From contig JBJTZN010000091.1 in assembly GCA_046087245.1 (NCBI GenBank), positions 2,842 through 66,841 on the forward strand: DNA of 64,000 nucleotides, in the 5' to 3' direction. The notes under the pieces were generated by a model. The model was not told the DNA's origin, did no database searches, and was given only the letters and a program-made list of their open reading frames with translations. The stretch is from Rubrivivax sp. Lineage in GTDB: Bacteria; Pseudomonadota; Gammaproteobacteria; Burkholderiales; Burkholderiaceae_C. Positions 1 to 12,657 of the stretch are shown in pieces (position 1 is the stretch's first letter; each line of letters begins with the position of its first letter). The position numbers and the translations under genes are program-made.

Positions 1-574
1 TCTTCTCGACCCCGGCTTTCACCAGAAAGGCCTTGACGGCCTCTGCACGTGCGATCGACAGCTTCTGGTTGTAGCCATCGCTGCCCACGGAGTCGGTGTG
101 ACCCACGGCAATGATGACCTCCAGGTTTACGCTCTTGGTCTTGGAGACCAGGTCCGTCAACTTCGCCTGCGCCTCGGGCTTCAGCACCGACTTGCCGAAA
201 TCAAAGAAGGCGTCAGCCGCGAAAGTCACCTTCTCAGCGACCGGCGCGGGAGGCGGCGCGGGAGGAGGCGGCGGCGGCGGGGGCGGCGGAGGGGGCGGCG
301 GAGGGGGAGGAGGAGGAGGCGGCGGCGGGGGTGGCGGGGGCGCCACACGCGGAGCCGGTGCGGGAGCGGGCGGCTGCAGCGCGCCGTCGCAGGAGGCATC
401 TGCCGTGGCGGGCGTCCACACACCGTCACGCCAGCACAGGTTCGTGCTGTTTCTCCAGGTGGTGCCGTCGGAAGCGCGCCAGTTGTCGTTGCTCCTGGCC
501 TGGGCAAAGGCGGCCATGGGCACGGCAAGCGCAACCGATGCAAAAAGCACGGCCACCTTGTTCAGTTTCTTCAT
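1..574 (-). CDS. OmpA-family protein with C-terminal OmpA_C peptidoglycan-binding domain (partial; 3' end runs off the window start)
   Basis: Own translation of the minus strand from ATG at 574. It is absent from the ORF track because the frame has no stop inside the window. The product reads MKKLNKVAVLFASVALAVPMAAFA (signal peptide), a small Cys-containing domain, a Pro-rich linker, then FDFGKSVLKPEAQAKL...AVGHTDSVGSDGYNQKLSIARAEAVKAFL (OmpA_C hallmark). Confidence 0.85.
   Translation of the reverse strand, partial: MKKLNKVAVLFASVALAVPMAAFAQARSNDNWRASDGTTWRNSTNLCWRDGVWTPATADASCDGALQPPAPAPAPRVAPPPPPPPPPPPPPPPPPPPPPPPPPPPAPPPAPVAEKVTFAADAFFDFGKSVLKPEAQAKLTDLVSKTKSVNLEVIIAVGHTDSVGSDGYNQKLSIARAEAVKAFLVKAGVEK
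260..340. repeat. (CCN)27 homocodon tract encoding 27 consecutive prolines in the OmpA-like linker (GGN run on the + strand)
   Basis: Codon-by-codon reading of 260..340 in the frame set by ATG 574 gives 27 uninterrupted CCN codons. The tract is flanked by APAPAPRVA and APPPAPV. Confidence 0.9.
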
Positions 575-918
575 GTTTCTCCTCTCGAGGAAAGCCGCAG
601 TCGCCTGCGAAACGTCCAAATCGGAAGCCCATTGTGATGGGCCGAGCCCAACCACGCGGCGGGTATTTACCCCGACCCAATTGATTGTGCCATAGGGGTA
701 CGGGCACTTTGGTTGCGGTCCGCCCAGACGGGCCCCGTGCCGGGGTGTATCAAGGTCTATGTTGCGCCATCGCGACACACCCTGGCCGCTTAGAATCCGC
801 GGCTCACCGTCTCGGTGGAATGGCCTTTGGGACGATGCGGGCGACGTCCCTGGGCGCCATCCCTTCGCGTGGTCGCCCCTCCCCTTCCTGCTCCCCCCTC
901 AGCCCCAGGCCGGCCCGC

Positions 919-3548
<2,630 letters not shown>

Positions 3549-3549
<1 letters not shown>

Positions 3550-4634
3550 TGAGCCCCGCGCTGCTGGCGCTGCGCGAGCAGATCGACGCCGTTGACCGGG
3601 AGTTGCTGACCCTGCTGAACCGCCGCGCCGGCCTGGCGCTGGAGGTGGGCGAGATCAAGAAGCGTGAAGGCTCGCCCGTGTTCAGGCCCGAGCGCGAGGC
3701 GCAGGTGATCGAGGGCCTCAAGCGTGCCAACCCCGGCCCGCTGAAGCACGACAGCATTGCGCCCATCTGGCGCGAGGTGATGTCGGCCTGCCGCTCGCTG
3801 GAGAGTGCCTCCCGCGTGGCGTACCTGGGGCCCGCAGGCACCTTCAGCGAGCAAGCCGCCCTGGGTTACTTTGGTTCGTCCATCGAACGCGTGCCCTGCG
3901 CCAGCATCGACGAGGTGTTCCGCGCGGCCAGTGCTGGTGCGGCCGAATTCGGCGTGGTGCCGGTGGAGAACTCCACCGAGGGCGTGGTCGCACGCTCGCT
4001 GGACCTGTTCCTGCACACGCCGCTGTCCATCGTGGGCGAGACCAGCCTGCTGGTGCGCCACAACCTGATGCGCCGGACGGCTTCGCGTGAAGGTATCACC
4101 GCGGTGCTGGCCCACCCCCAGGCGCTGGCGCAGTGCCAGGCCTGGCTCTCGCTGCACCTGCCTCAAGCCGAGCGCCGGCCTGTGGCCAGCAACGCCGAGG
4201 GCGCGCGTCTGGCGGCACTGGACGATGCCCTGGCGGCTATCGCCAGTGAGCGTGCCGCTACGGAATTCGGCCTGCACGTGGTGGCCCCTGCCATTCAGGA
4301 TGATGCGCACAACCGCACGCGCTTCGCGATCGTGGCGCTGCCCCAGCAGGTGCCGGCGCCCGGCGCCAGCGGCCATGACTGCACCAGCCTGGTGGTGTCC
4401 GTGCCCAACCGTCCGGGTGCCGTGCACGACATGCTGGTGCCGCTGAAGGCGCATGGTGTGTCGATGACACGATTCGAGTCGCGGCCTGCGCGCTCGGGCC
4501 AGTGGGAGTACTACTTCTACATCGACATCGCTGGCCACCCCGATGACCCGCGCGTGGCCACAGCCCTGGCAGAGTTGCGTGGCACCTGCGCCTTCTTCAA
4601 GGTGCTGGGCACCTACCCGGTCGACACCCACTGA
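3549..4634 (+). CDS. pheA: bifunctional chorismate mutase / prephenate dehydratase (P-protein)
   Basis: ORF 3549..4634. It has a CM_2-type N-terminus (LLALREQIDAVDRELLTLLNRR), a PDT domain and an ACT region (SMTRFESRPAR). Its ATG overlaps the gyrA TGA (TGATG). Confidence 0.93.
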
Positions 4635-4636
4635 AC

Positions 4637-5560
4637 ATGATCGAGCGGCTGAGCATCATCGGCTGCGGGCTGATGGGGGGTAGCGTTGCGCTGGCCCTGC
4701 GGCGCGCGGGGCTGGTGCGGCACATCGCCGGCCATTCACGCTCTCCGGCCTCCAGTCGGCGGGCGCTGGAACTCGGCGTCATCGACGAGGCCTGTGACAG
4801 CGCCGCCGATGCCGTCCGTGGGGCTGAGATCGTCTTGCTGTCGGTCCCAGTGGCCTCGACATTTGACGTGCTCGCGAGTCTGCGCACGGCGCTGGCGCCG
4901 CAAGCCCTTTGCATGGACGTGGGCAGCACCAAGCGGGATGTGGTGGCCGCTGCCCGCGCAGCCCTGGGGCCGGACGTCGCTGCGTTCGTGCCTGCTCACC
5001 CGATCGCTGGCAAGGAGCGCGCGGGCGTGGACGCCTCGGATGCCGACCTGTACCGTGACCGCCGCGTGATCCTGACGCCGCTGGAGGAAACCGACCCCGA
5101 TCGGACCCGCCGGGCGCGCGCCCTGTGGCAGGCCATGGGCGCCGTGGTGAGCGACATGAGCCCCGAAGACCACGACCGCACGTTCGCGGCAGTGAGCCAC
5201 CTGCCGCACCTGCTGGCCTTTGCCTACGTGGCCGCCGTGGCGCGCCAGCCGCAGGGCGAACGCATGCTGCAGCTCGCCGGGCCGGGCTTCAGGGACTTCA
5301 CGCGCATCGCAGGGGGCGAGCCCGCGATGTGGCGCGACATCTTGCTGGCCAACCGTGACGAGGTGCTGGCGCAGGCAGCAGGCTTTCGCCACGTGCTGGG
5401 GGAGATCGAGCGCGCCATGCTCGCCAGTGATGCCCAGGGCCTGATGGATCAGATTGCCCAGCCATCCGCCCTGCGCAGCCGGTGGGAGATGGGAGCTGCG
5501 ATGGGTGCAGTTGCCGGCGGCGCCGCATCCAGACCTGCCGCCGCCGACGAGGCGCCCTGA
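4637..5560 (+). CDS. tyrA: prephenate dehydrogenase
   Basis: ORF 4637..5560. It has a Rossmann motif IIGCGLMGGS and the PAHPIAGKERAG core. The ATG lies 2 nt after the pheA stop. Confidence 0.85.
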   Translation: MIERLSIIGCGLMGGSVALALRRAGLVRHIAGHSRSPASSRRALELGVIDEACDSAADAVRGAEIVLLSVPVASTFDVLASLRTALAPQALCMDVGSTKRDVVAAARAALGPDVAAFVPAHPIAGKERAGVDASDADLYRDRRVILTPLEETDPDRTRRARALWQAMGAVVSDMSPEDHDRTFAAVSHLPHLLAFAYVAAVARQPQGERMLQLAGPGFRDFTRIAGGEPAMWRDILLANRDEVLAQAAGFRHVLGEIERAMLASDAQGLMDQIAQPSALRSRWEMGAAMGAVAGGAASRPAAADEAP

Positions 5561-5614
5561 GCGGCTGTTCCGCACCCGCACCTCAGGAGGCGGCCGTGAA
5601 CGGCTGAAACCACG

Positions 5615-7639
5615 ATGTACGCGATCCCTTTCCTCGATCTGCCCCCCCTGAAGTCCGCCGCCGGCACGGTGCGGCTGCCCGGCTCCAAGAGCATCTCCAA
5701 CCGCGTGTTGCTCCTGGCCGGTCTGGCCGAAGGCACCACGGTCATCCACGACCTGCTGGCGTCGGACGACACCCGGGTGATGCTGGAGGCCTTGCGGGCC
5801 CTGGGCTGCGGTGTCGAATCCCGTGGCGCACAGTGGCATGTCACGGGCCTGGGCGGGCGGCTGAAGGTTCACCAGGCCACGCTGTTCCTGGGCAACGCCG
5901 GCACCGCGATGAGGCCTTTGACGGCGGCGCTGGCGGTGCTGGCCGCCACGCAGGGCGGGGACTTCCGGTTGTCGGGCGTCGCGCGCATGCACGAGCGCCC
6001 CATCGGCGATCTGGTGCAGGCGCTGCGCCCGCTCGGTTGCGAGGTCACGTGCGAGGCTCATGAGGGCTACCCGCCCCTGCGGCTGCAGGGCCGCGCCGGT
6101 GGCCGCCTGAACCTGTCGCAACCAATCCGGGTGCGCGGCGACGTCTCCAGCCAGTTTCTCACCGCGCTGCTGCTGGCGCTGCCGCTGGTGGCTGCAGATG
6201 CGGCCGTGGTGATCGAGGTCGAGGGCGAATTGATCTCTAAGCCCTACATCGAGATCACGCTGAACATGCTGGCGCAGTTCGGCATCGCGGTGCAGCGCGA
6301 CGGCTTCCAGCGCTTCACCCTGCCTGCGGGCAGCGCCTACCGCACGCCGGGCGATGTGCATGTGGAAGGCGACGCCTCGTCCGCCTCGTACTTCATCGCG
6401 CTGGGCGCCCTGGCCGCCCAGCCCGGTGCGCCCGTGCGCATCGAGGGCGTGGGGGCTGCCTCGATCCAGGGCGACATCCGCTTCGTCGAGGCCGCGCAAG
6501 CCATGGGCGCCACCGTGCGCAGCGGCGCCAACTGGCTGGAAGTCGAGCGGGGCACCTGGCCGCTGAAGGCGCTTCAGCTCGACTGCAACCACATCCCCGA
6601 CGCGGCCATGACGCTGGCCGTGATGGCGCTCTACGCCGACGGTCCGACGCGCCTGACCAACATCGCGAGCTGGCGCGTGAAGGAGACCGACCGGATCGCT
6701 GCCATGGCCGCCGAACTGCGCAAGACGGGCGCCCGCGTGATCGAGGGCCCTGACTTCATCGAGGTGACCCCCCCAGTGCAGTGGCAGGCCGCAGCGGTCC
6801 ACACCTACGACGACCACCGCATGGCGATGTGTCTGTCCCTGGCGGCGTTCAACCCCCTGGCCCTGGCGTCAACGCCAGGTGCGGCGGTGCCCGTGCGCAT
6901 TCTGGAGCCGGCGTGCGTGGCCAAGACCTTTCCCGACTACTTCGAGGCCCTGTTCAGCCTGGCGCGCGCAGACGCCGCTGCGGTGCCGGTGATCGCCGTG
7001 GACGGGCCCTCGGCTTCAGGCAAGGGCACGCTGGCGGGGCGATTGGCCTTGAGCCTGGGCTATCACCTGCTGGACTCCGGCGCGATCTACCGCGCCGCCG
7101 GCGTGGCGGCGCAGCGTGCAGGCGTGGACCTGACGAACAGTGCCGCGGTGGCAGAGGTCTGCCGTGGCCTGGATCTGCGCTTCGAGGGCGATCGCGTGCT
7201 GCTGGACGGCGTGGACCGCACCGATGAAGTGCGCAGCGAGGCCGGCGGTCTGCTCGCTTCGCAGGTCTCGGCCCACCCCGCCGTGCGCGAGGCGCTGCAC
7301 GAGTTGCAACTGTCGTTTCGGCGCCTGCCCGGGCTGGTGGCCGATGGCCGGGACATGGGCACGGTGGTCTTTCCCGATGCTGCACTCAAGGTGTTTCTCA
7401 CGGCGAGTGCCGCCCGCAGGGCCGACAGGCGCCATAAGCAATTGATTTCAAAGGGTATTCAGGCTAAACTCGCAGACCTTCGCGCAGACCTTGAGCGGCG
7501 TGACGAGCAGGACAGAGTCCGCAGCGCGTCGCCTCTGAAGCCCGCCGAAGATGCGTTGGCTCTGGACAACTCCGACATGGGCATCGACGAGTCCGTCGAT
7601 CTCGTGCGGGAGTGGTGGAGCCAGCGCAGGCCCTTCTGA
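5615..7639 (+). CDS. aroA: fused 3-phosphoshikimate 1-carboxyvinyltransferase (EPSP synthase) / cytidylate kinase
   Basis: A single 674-aa frame. The N-terminal ~450 aa carry [20 protein letters not shown] and WRVKETDRI (AroA). From about nt 6986 the sequence reads [14 protein letters not shown] (Cmk P-loop) through to the end. There is no stop between the domains. Confidence 0.9.
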   Translation: MYAIPFLDLPPLKSAAGTVRLPGSKSISNRVLLLAGLAEGTTVIHDLLASDDTRVMLEALRALGCGVESRGAQWHVTGLGGRLKVHQATLFLGNAGTAMRPLTAALAVLAATQGGDFRLSGVARMHERPIGDLVQALRPLGCEVTCEAHEGYPPLRLQGRAGGRLNLSQPIRVRGDVSSQFLTALLLALPLVAADAAVVIEVEGELISKPYIEITLNMLAQFGIAVQRDGFQRFTLPAGSAYRTPGDVHVEGDASSASYFIALGALAAQPGAPVRIEGVGAASIQGDIRFVEAAQAMGATVRSGANWLEVERGTWPLKALQLDCNHIPDAAMTLAVMALYADGPTRLTNIASWRVKETDRIAAMAAELRKTGARVIEGPDFIEVTPPVQWQAAAVHTYDDHRMAMCLSLAAFNPLALASTPGAAVPVRILEPACVAKTFPDYFEALFSLARADAAAVPVIAVDGPSASGKGTLAGRLALSLGYHLLDSGAIYRAAGVAAQRAGVDLTNSAAVAEVCRGLDLRFEGDRVLLDGVDRTDEVRSEAGGLLASQVSAHPAVREALHELQLSFRRLPGLVADGRDMGTVVFPDAALKVFLTASAARRADRRHKQLISKGIQAKLADLRADLERRDEQDRVRSASPLKPAEDALALDNSDMGIDESVDLVREWWSQRRPF

Positions 7640-7640
7640 C

Positions 7641-7670
7641 GAAGGGCCGGTGCGCAGGCGCCGGCCCTTC
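7641..7670 (+). other. GC-rich stem-loop directly after the aroA-cmk stop (no U-tract)
   Basis: gaagggccgg-tgcgcaggcg-ccggcccttc has perfect 10-bp arms. An alternative 5' arm, ggcccttc at 7629-7636, can pair with the same gaagggcc. Confidence 0.35.
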
Positions 7671-7815
7671 CCGGCAGGGCCCACCGCCCACCGGGCTCCC
7701 CTTCCGGCCGTCAGGCCACCGGGCCCGGTGATCGTCACCATCGCAACCCCCGCAACATCTGTTGCACACACTGCCGGCTTTCACCATTCCTGATCGGGCC
7801 GGCGCAGGAAACCAC

Positions 7816-9528
7816 ATGTCCCAAGTTCAAGCCGCCGCAGGCGGAGAGTCTTTTGCCGCCCTCTTCGAGGAATCCCTGCAGCGCAGCGAAATGCGCGCGG
7901 GCGAGGTCATCACCGCCGAGGTGGTGCGCATCGACTTCAACCACGTCGTGGTCAACGCAGGCCTCAAGAGCGAGTCCTACGTGCCCATCGAGGAATTCAA
8001 GAACGACCAGGGTGAACTCGAAGTCCAGGTGGGCGACTACGTCTCCGTGGCCATCGACGCGGTCGAGAACGGCTACGGCGACACCATCCTGTCGCGTGAC
8101 AAGGCCAAGCGCCTGGCGTCCTGGCTGTCGCTGGAGACGGCGCTGGAGTCCGGCGATTTCGTCACCGGCACGGTCAGCGGCAAGGTCAAGGGTGGCCTGA
8201 CGGTGCTGGTCAACGGCATCCGCGCCTTCCTGCCGGGCTCGCTGCTCGACACCCGCCCCGTGAAGGATATGTCGCCCTTCGAGGGCAAGACCATGGAATT
8301 CAAGGTCATCAAGCTCGACCGCAAGCGCAACAACGTGGTGCTGTCGCGCCGCGCCGTGGTCGAGGCCTCCATGGGTGAAGAGCGCGCCAAGCTGCTGGAA
8401 ACCCTGCAGGAAGGCGCCATCGTGCACGGCGTGGTCAAGAACATCACCGAGTACGGCGCGTTCGTGGATCTGGGCGGCATCGACGGTCTGCTGCACATCA
8501 CCGACATGGCCTGGCGCCGCGTGCGTCACCCCAGCGAGGTGGTGCAGGTGGGCCAGGAGCTCAGCGCCAAGGTGCTGAAGTTCGACGCCGAGAAGAACCG
8601 TGTCAGCCTGGGCATCAAGCAACTGGGCGACGACCCCTGGCACGGCGTGGCCCGCCGCTACCCCACGGGCACGCGGCTGTTCGGCAAGGTCACCAACATC
8701 GCCGACTATGGTGCGTTCGTCGAGATCGAGCCCGGCATCGAGGGCCTGGTGCATGTGTCCGAGATGGACTGGACCAACAAGAACGTGGCGCCTTCCAAGG
8801 TGGTGTCGCTGGGCGACGAGACCGAGGTCATGGTGCTCGAGATCGACGAGGACAAGCGTCGCATCAGCCTGGGCATGAAGCAGTGCAAGGCCAACCCCTG
8901 GGAGGAGTTCAGCTCCACCGTCAAGCGTGGCGACCGCGTCAAGGGCCCCGTCAAGTCCATCACCGACTTCGGCGTGTTCATCGGCCTGGCACAGGGCATC
9001 GACGGCCTGGTGCACCTGTCCGACCTGTCCTGGAACGAGCCGGGCGAATCGGCAGTGCGCAACTACAAGAAGGGCCAGGAAGTCGACGCCATCGTGCTGG
9101 CCATCGATGTGGAGCGCGAGCGCATCTCCCTGGGCGTCAAGCAGCTCGACACCGACCCGTTCACCACCTTCACCACGATCAACGACCGCGGGGCCTTGGT
9201 CAACGGCAAGGTGAAGACCGTGGATCCTCGTGGCGCCGAGGTGCAGCTCGCTGACGATGTGACCGGCTACCTGCGTGCCAGCGAGATCAGCCGCGACCGT
9301 GTCGAGGATGCCCGCAACGTGCTCAAGGAGGGCGATGATGTATCGGTCATGATCATCAACGTGGACCGCAAGGCGCGTTCGATCCAGCTGTCGATCAAGG
9401 CCAAGGACGTGGCCGACCAGCAGGAGGCCATGCAGCGTCTGTCGCAGAGCAACGAGCGCGAGAACGCCGGCACCACCAGCCTGGGGGCCCTGCTGCGCGC
9501 CAAGCTCGACAACAGCGGCAACGAGTAA
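7816..9528 (+). CDS. rpsA: 30S ribosomal protein S1
   Basis: ORF 7762..9528. The S1 N-terminus starts at ATG 7816 ([21 protein letters not shown]). Repeated S1 domains are present, e.g. [21 protein letters not shown]. Confidence 0.97.
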   Translation: MSQVQAAAGGESFAALFEESLQRSEMRAGEVITAEVVRIDFNHVVVNAGLKSESYVPIEEFKNDQGELEVQVGDYVSVAIDAVENGYGDTILSRDKAKRLASWLSLETALESGDFVTGTVSGKVKGGLTVLVNGIRAFLPGSLLDTRPVKDMSPFEGKTMEFKVIKLDRKRNNVVLSRRAVVEASMGEERAKLLETLQEGAIVHGVVKNITEYGAFVDLGGIDGLLHITDMAWRRVRHPSEVVQVGQELSAKVLKFDAEKNRVSLGIKQLGDDPWHGVARRYPTGTRLFGKVTNIADYGAFVEIEPGIEGLVHVSEMDWTNKNVAPSKVVSLGDETEVMVLEIDEDKRRISLGMKQCKANPWEEFSSTVKRGDRVKGPVKSITDFGVFIGLAQGIDGLVHLSDLSWNEPGESAVRNYKKGQEVDAIVLAIDVERERISLGVKQLDTDPFTTFTTINDRGALVNGKVKTVDPRGAEVQLADDVTGYLRASEISRDRVEDARNVLKEGDDVSVMIINVDRKARSIQLSIKAKDVADQQEAMQRLSQSNERENAGTTSLGALLRAKLDNSGNE

Positions 9529-9533
9529 GGCCC

Positions 9534-9869
9534 ATGACCCGATCGGATCTCGTGCTTCGTCTGGCCGAGCGGTTCGCGCAGCTCACGCAGCGCGACACCG
9601 AGTTTGCCGTCAAGACGATGCTCGATGCGATGACCGACGCCCTGGCGCGCGGTCACCGCATCGAGATCCGCGGGTTTGGCAGCTTCTCCATCAGCCGCCG
9701 GCCGCCGCGCGTGGGGCGCAATCCCCGCAGCGGCGCGCAGGTGACCATTCCCGAGAAGCTGGTGCCGCACTTCAAGCCCGGCAAGGCGCTGCGCGAGTCG
9801 GTGGACGCGCTGCCCATGCCGCCCGAGCCGCCGCTGGCCGAACACAAGGCGCCCGCCCGGGCCGCCTGA
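9534..9869 (+). CDS. ihfB: integration host factor subunit beta
   Basis: ORF 9534..9869. It shows the IHF/HU fold with [29 protein letters not shown]. The start is 5 nt after the rpsA stop. Confidence 0.93.
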   Translation: MTRSDLVLRLAERFAQLTQRDTEFAVKTMLDAMTDALARGHRIEIRGFGSFSISRRPPRVGRNPRSGAQVTIPEKLVPHFKPGKALRESVDALPMPPEPPLAEHKAPARAA

Positions 9870-9887
9870 GGCCACGTTCTGGTGCAC

Positions 9888-9910
9888 AGCCGCCCTCGGG
9901 CGGCTTTTTC
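9888..9910 (+). terminator. rho-independent terminator after ihfB (possibly bidirectional with convergent ureC)
   Basis: agccgcc-ctcg-ggcggct is a 7-bp GC stem followed by ttttc. It sits between the ihfB stop (9869) and the ureC stop (9921). Confidence 0.7.
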
Positions 9911-9920
9911 GTTTCTGGGG

Positions 9921-11651
9921 CTAGAACAGGAAGTAGCGCTGCGCCATCGGCAGCGACAGCGCCGGCTCGCAGGTCAGCAACTGGCCGTCGGCGCGCACCG
10001 CGTAGGTCTGTGCATCGATGTCCATCACCGGCAGGTAGCCGTTGTGCACCATGTCGGGCTTGCGCACCGTTCGGCAGCCCTTCACGGCCGACAGCGTCTT
10101 GCGCAGTCCCAGGCCCGCCGCGGCGCCGTTGGCCAGTGACGCCTGGCTGACGAAGGTGATGGAACCGTTCGCCAGGGCCCCTCCGAAGCTGCCGAACATC
10201 GGCCGGTAGTGCACCGGCTGAGGCGTCGGGATGCTGGCGTTGGGGTCGCCCATGGCCGCCGCGGCGATAAAGCCCCCCTTGAGGATCAGCGCCGGCTTGA
10301 CGCCAAAGAACGCCGGCTTCCACAGCACCAGATCGGCCCACTTGCCCACTTCGATGCTCCCCACCTCGTGCGCGATGCCGTTGGCCAACGCCGGGTTGAG
10401 GGTGTACTTGGCCACGTAGCGCTTGACGCGGAAGTTGTCGTTGCGCTCACTGTCCTGGGGCAGTGCGCCGCGCTGCGCCTTCATCTTGTGCGCGGTCTGC
10501 CAAGTGCGGATGATGACCTCGCCCACGCGGCCCATGGCCTGGCTGTCGCTGCTCATCATGCTGATGGCGCCCAGGTCGTGCAGCACGTCCTCGGCGGCGA
10601 TGGTTTCGCGTCGGATGCGGCTTTCGGCAAAGGCCAGGTCCTCGGCGATGGCGGCGTCCAGGTGGTGGCACACCATCAGCATGTCCAGATGCTCGTCCAC
10701 CGTGTTGGTGGTGTAGGGCATGGTGGGGTTGGTGCTGCTGGGCAGGAAGTTGGCCTCGCCCACCACCTTCATGATGTCCGGCGCATGCCCGCCGCCCGCG
10801 CCCTCGGTGTGGAAGGCGCACAGCGTGCGGCCCTTGGTCGCGGCAATGGTGTCCTCCACGAAGCCCGACTCGTTGAGCGTGTCGGAGTGGATGGAGACCT
10901 GGGTGTCGGTGGCGTCGGCCACGCTCAGGCAGCAGTCGATGGCACTGGGCGTGGTGCCCCAGTCCTCGTGAAGCTTCATCCCGATGGCCCCCACCTGTAT
11001 CTGCTGCACCAGGGCCTCGGGCCGGCTGGCATTGCCCTTGCCGAGGAAACCCAGGTTCATCGGGAAGGCCTCGGCCGCCTGCAGCATGCGGGCGATGTTC
11101 GCCGGCCCAGGGGTGCAGGTGGTGGCGAAAGTGCCGGTGGCCGGTCCGGTGCCGCCGCCGAGCATGGTGGTCACGCCCGACATCAAGGCTTCCTCGATCT
11201 GCTGCGGACAGATGAAGTGAATGTGGCTGTCAATGCCCCCTGCAGTGAGGATCATCCCTTCGCCAGCGATGATCTCGGTGCCCGGGCCGATGACGATGTC
11301 CACGCCGGGCTGCACATCCGGGTTGCCGGCCTTGCCGATGCCGCAGATGCGCTGGCCGCGCAGGCCGATGTCGGCCTTCACGATGCCCCAGTGGTCGATG
11401 ATCAGCGCGTTGGTGATCACGCAGTCCACCGCGTCACCCGCTCCGGGGCCGTTGCGGCGCTGGCTCTGGCCCATGCCGTCGCGGATGGTCTTGCCGCCGC
11501 CGAACTTGACTTCCTCGCCGTAGCCGCCCGAGCGCAAGGTCAGGTCCTGTTCCACCTCGACCACCAGGCCCGTGTCGGCCAGGCGGACACGGTCGCCCAC
11601 GGTGGGGCCGTACATCTCGGCGTAGGCGCGCCTGCCCACCGTCGCCATCAC
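9921..11651 (-). CDS. ureC: urease subunit alpha
   Basis: ORF 9921..11651. It reads [29 protein letters not shown], with HFICPQQ and MVCHHLD motifs. Its ATG overlaps the ureB stop (ATGA). Confidence 0.97.
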   Translation of the reverse strand: MMATVGRRAYAEMYGPTVGDRVRLADTGLVVEVEQDLTLRSGGYGEEVKFGGGKTIRDGMGQSQRRNGPGAGDAVDCVITNALIIDHWGIVKADIGLRGQRICGIGKAGNPDVQPGVDIVIGPGTEIIAGEGMILTAGGIDSHIHFICPQQIEEALMSGVTTMLGGGTGPATGTFATTCTPGPANIARMLQAAEAFPMNLGFLGKGNASRPEALVQQIQVGAIGMKLHEDWGTTPSAIDCCLSVADATDTQVSIHSDTLNESGFVEDTIAATKGRTLCAFHTEGAGGGHAPDIMKVVGEANFLPSSTNPTMPYTTNTVDEHLDMLMVCHHLDAAIAEDLAFAESRIRRETIAAEDVLHDLGAISMMSSDSQAMGRVGEVIIRTWQTAHKMKAQRGALPQDSERNDNFRVKRYVAKYTLNPALANGIAHEVGSIEVGKWADLVLWKPAFFGVKPALILKGGFIAAAAMGDPNASIPTPQPVHYRPMFGSFGGALANGSITFVSQASLANGAAAGLGLRKTLSAVKGCRTVRKPDMVHNGYLPVMDIDAQTYAVRADGQLLTCEPALSLPMAQRYFLF

Positions 11652-11953
11652 AGGGCTCCCTGCACGAGGCCGCGGAACCCCCAGACCTGCCGATCCCCGG
11701 CGTAGTCCACGAGCTCCACCGTGCGTTGCTGGCCCGGCTCGAAGCGTACGGCGGTGCCCGAGGCGATGTTCAAGCGCATGCCATGCGCGGCCTCTCGATC
11801 AAAGCGAAGGGCCCGGTTGGTCTCGCAGAAGTGGTAATGCGAGCCGACCTGGATGGGGCGGTCGGCAGTGTTCTCCACCACCAGGCTGCGCGTGCGGCGG
11901 CCGGGGTTGAGCTCGAATTCGCCGTCATCGGTGAGCAGTTCGCCTGGCGTCAT
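11648..11953 (-). CDS. ureB: urease subunit beta
   Basis: These are the last 101 codons of ORF 11648..12649, starting at ATG 11953: [46 protein letters not shown]. Confidence 0.95.
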   Translation of the reverse strand: MTPGELLTDDGEFELNPGRRTRSLVVENTADRPIQVGSHYHFCETNRALRFDREAAHGMRLNIASGTAVRFEPGQQRTVELVDYAGDRQVWGFRGLVQGAL

Positions 11954-12117
11954 CACTTCCTCCCGCGCCACCACAGCACGGCGGCCACAACCACCGCACC
12001 GATCAGGAAGCCGGCCACATCGGTGGGGTGCCAGTGGTTGCCCGTCAGGCCGTGGCCGTCGTGAGCCCGGGATGCCGCTGTACAAAATACGGCGCCCAGC
12101 AGCAGGAGATGCTTCAT
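11953..12117 (-). CDS. small (54 aa) His-rich protein with signal peptide and one C-terminal TM helix, between ureA and ureB
   Basis: Internal ATG 12117 of ORF 11953..12192 gives [18 protein letters not shown] / [15 protein letters not shown] / [17 protein letters not shown] / RGRK. Third-position G+C is about 80% by hand count. The TGA overlaps the ureB ATG by 1 nt (TGATG). No clear SD was seen. Confidence 0.55.
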   Translation of the reverse strand: MKHLLLLGAVFCTAASRAHDGHGLTGNHWHPTDVAGFLIGAVVVAAVLWWRGRK

Positions 12118-12198
12118 GTGGGTGCGATTCCGGTAAGGAGACAGGCCTGTGGCGATGCTTGTCGCGTGTGCTGAGGCGCGGGGATATTTCACAAGCTA

Positions 12199-12501
<303 letters not shown>

Positions 12502-12540
12502 GGCAAGACCTTGAAGCAGGTTCAGTGCCATGGTAATGCG

Positions 12541-12577
12541 CCTGACCCGCCATGCCTGACCCGCCATGCCTGACCGG
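12541..12577. repeat. 14-bp tandem direct repeat (2.6 copies) in the ureA / ABC-transporter divergent intergenic region
   Basis: The sequence reads cctgacccgccatg cctgacccgccatg cctgaccgg directly in the window. Confidence 0.85.
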
Positions 12578-12657
12578 AGGCCCGGACCCTGGGCGTCCTG
12601 GGGCCAGGGCAGCCCGGCCACAATGCAGGGGTTGATGGTCCCTGCCCACCGGCCCCC

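Noticed and set aside
98-707. Several ORFs with extreme poly-Gly or poly-Arg runs (98..637, 111..695, 226..543, 331..684, 426..707)
   Set aside because: They are antisense or off-frame readings of the OmpA-like gene and its (CCN)27 tract. The minus-strand frame from ATG 574 gives a coherent signal peptide plus an OmpA_C domain.
685-918. 78-codon N-terminal extension of the gyrA ORF from a TTG
   Set aside because: The extension is Arg/Pro/Ser/Cys-rich with no GyrA similarity. The conserved GyrA N-terminus begins at ATG 919. The same logic was applied to the 5' extensions of rpsA, cytochrome c4, glgC, hutU, hutH, hutF, hutG, hutI, GST, ldcA and the two SBPs.
11953-12192. Full 79-aa version of the ureA-ureB inter-gene ORF (GTG 12192)
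   Set aside because: The first 25 residues ([25 protein letters not shown]) are not signal-like. The internal ATG 12117 yields a canonical signal peptide, so the shorter form is preferred. The call still has only moderate confidence.
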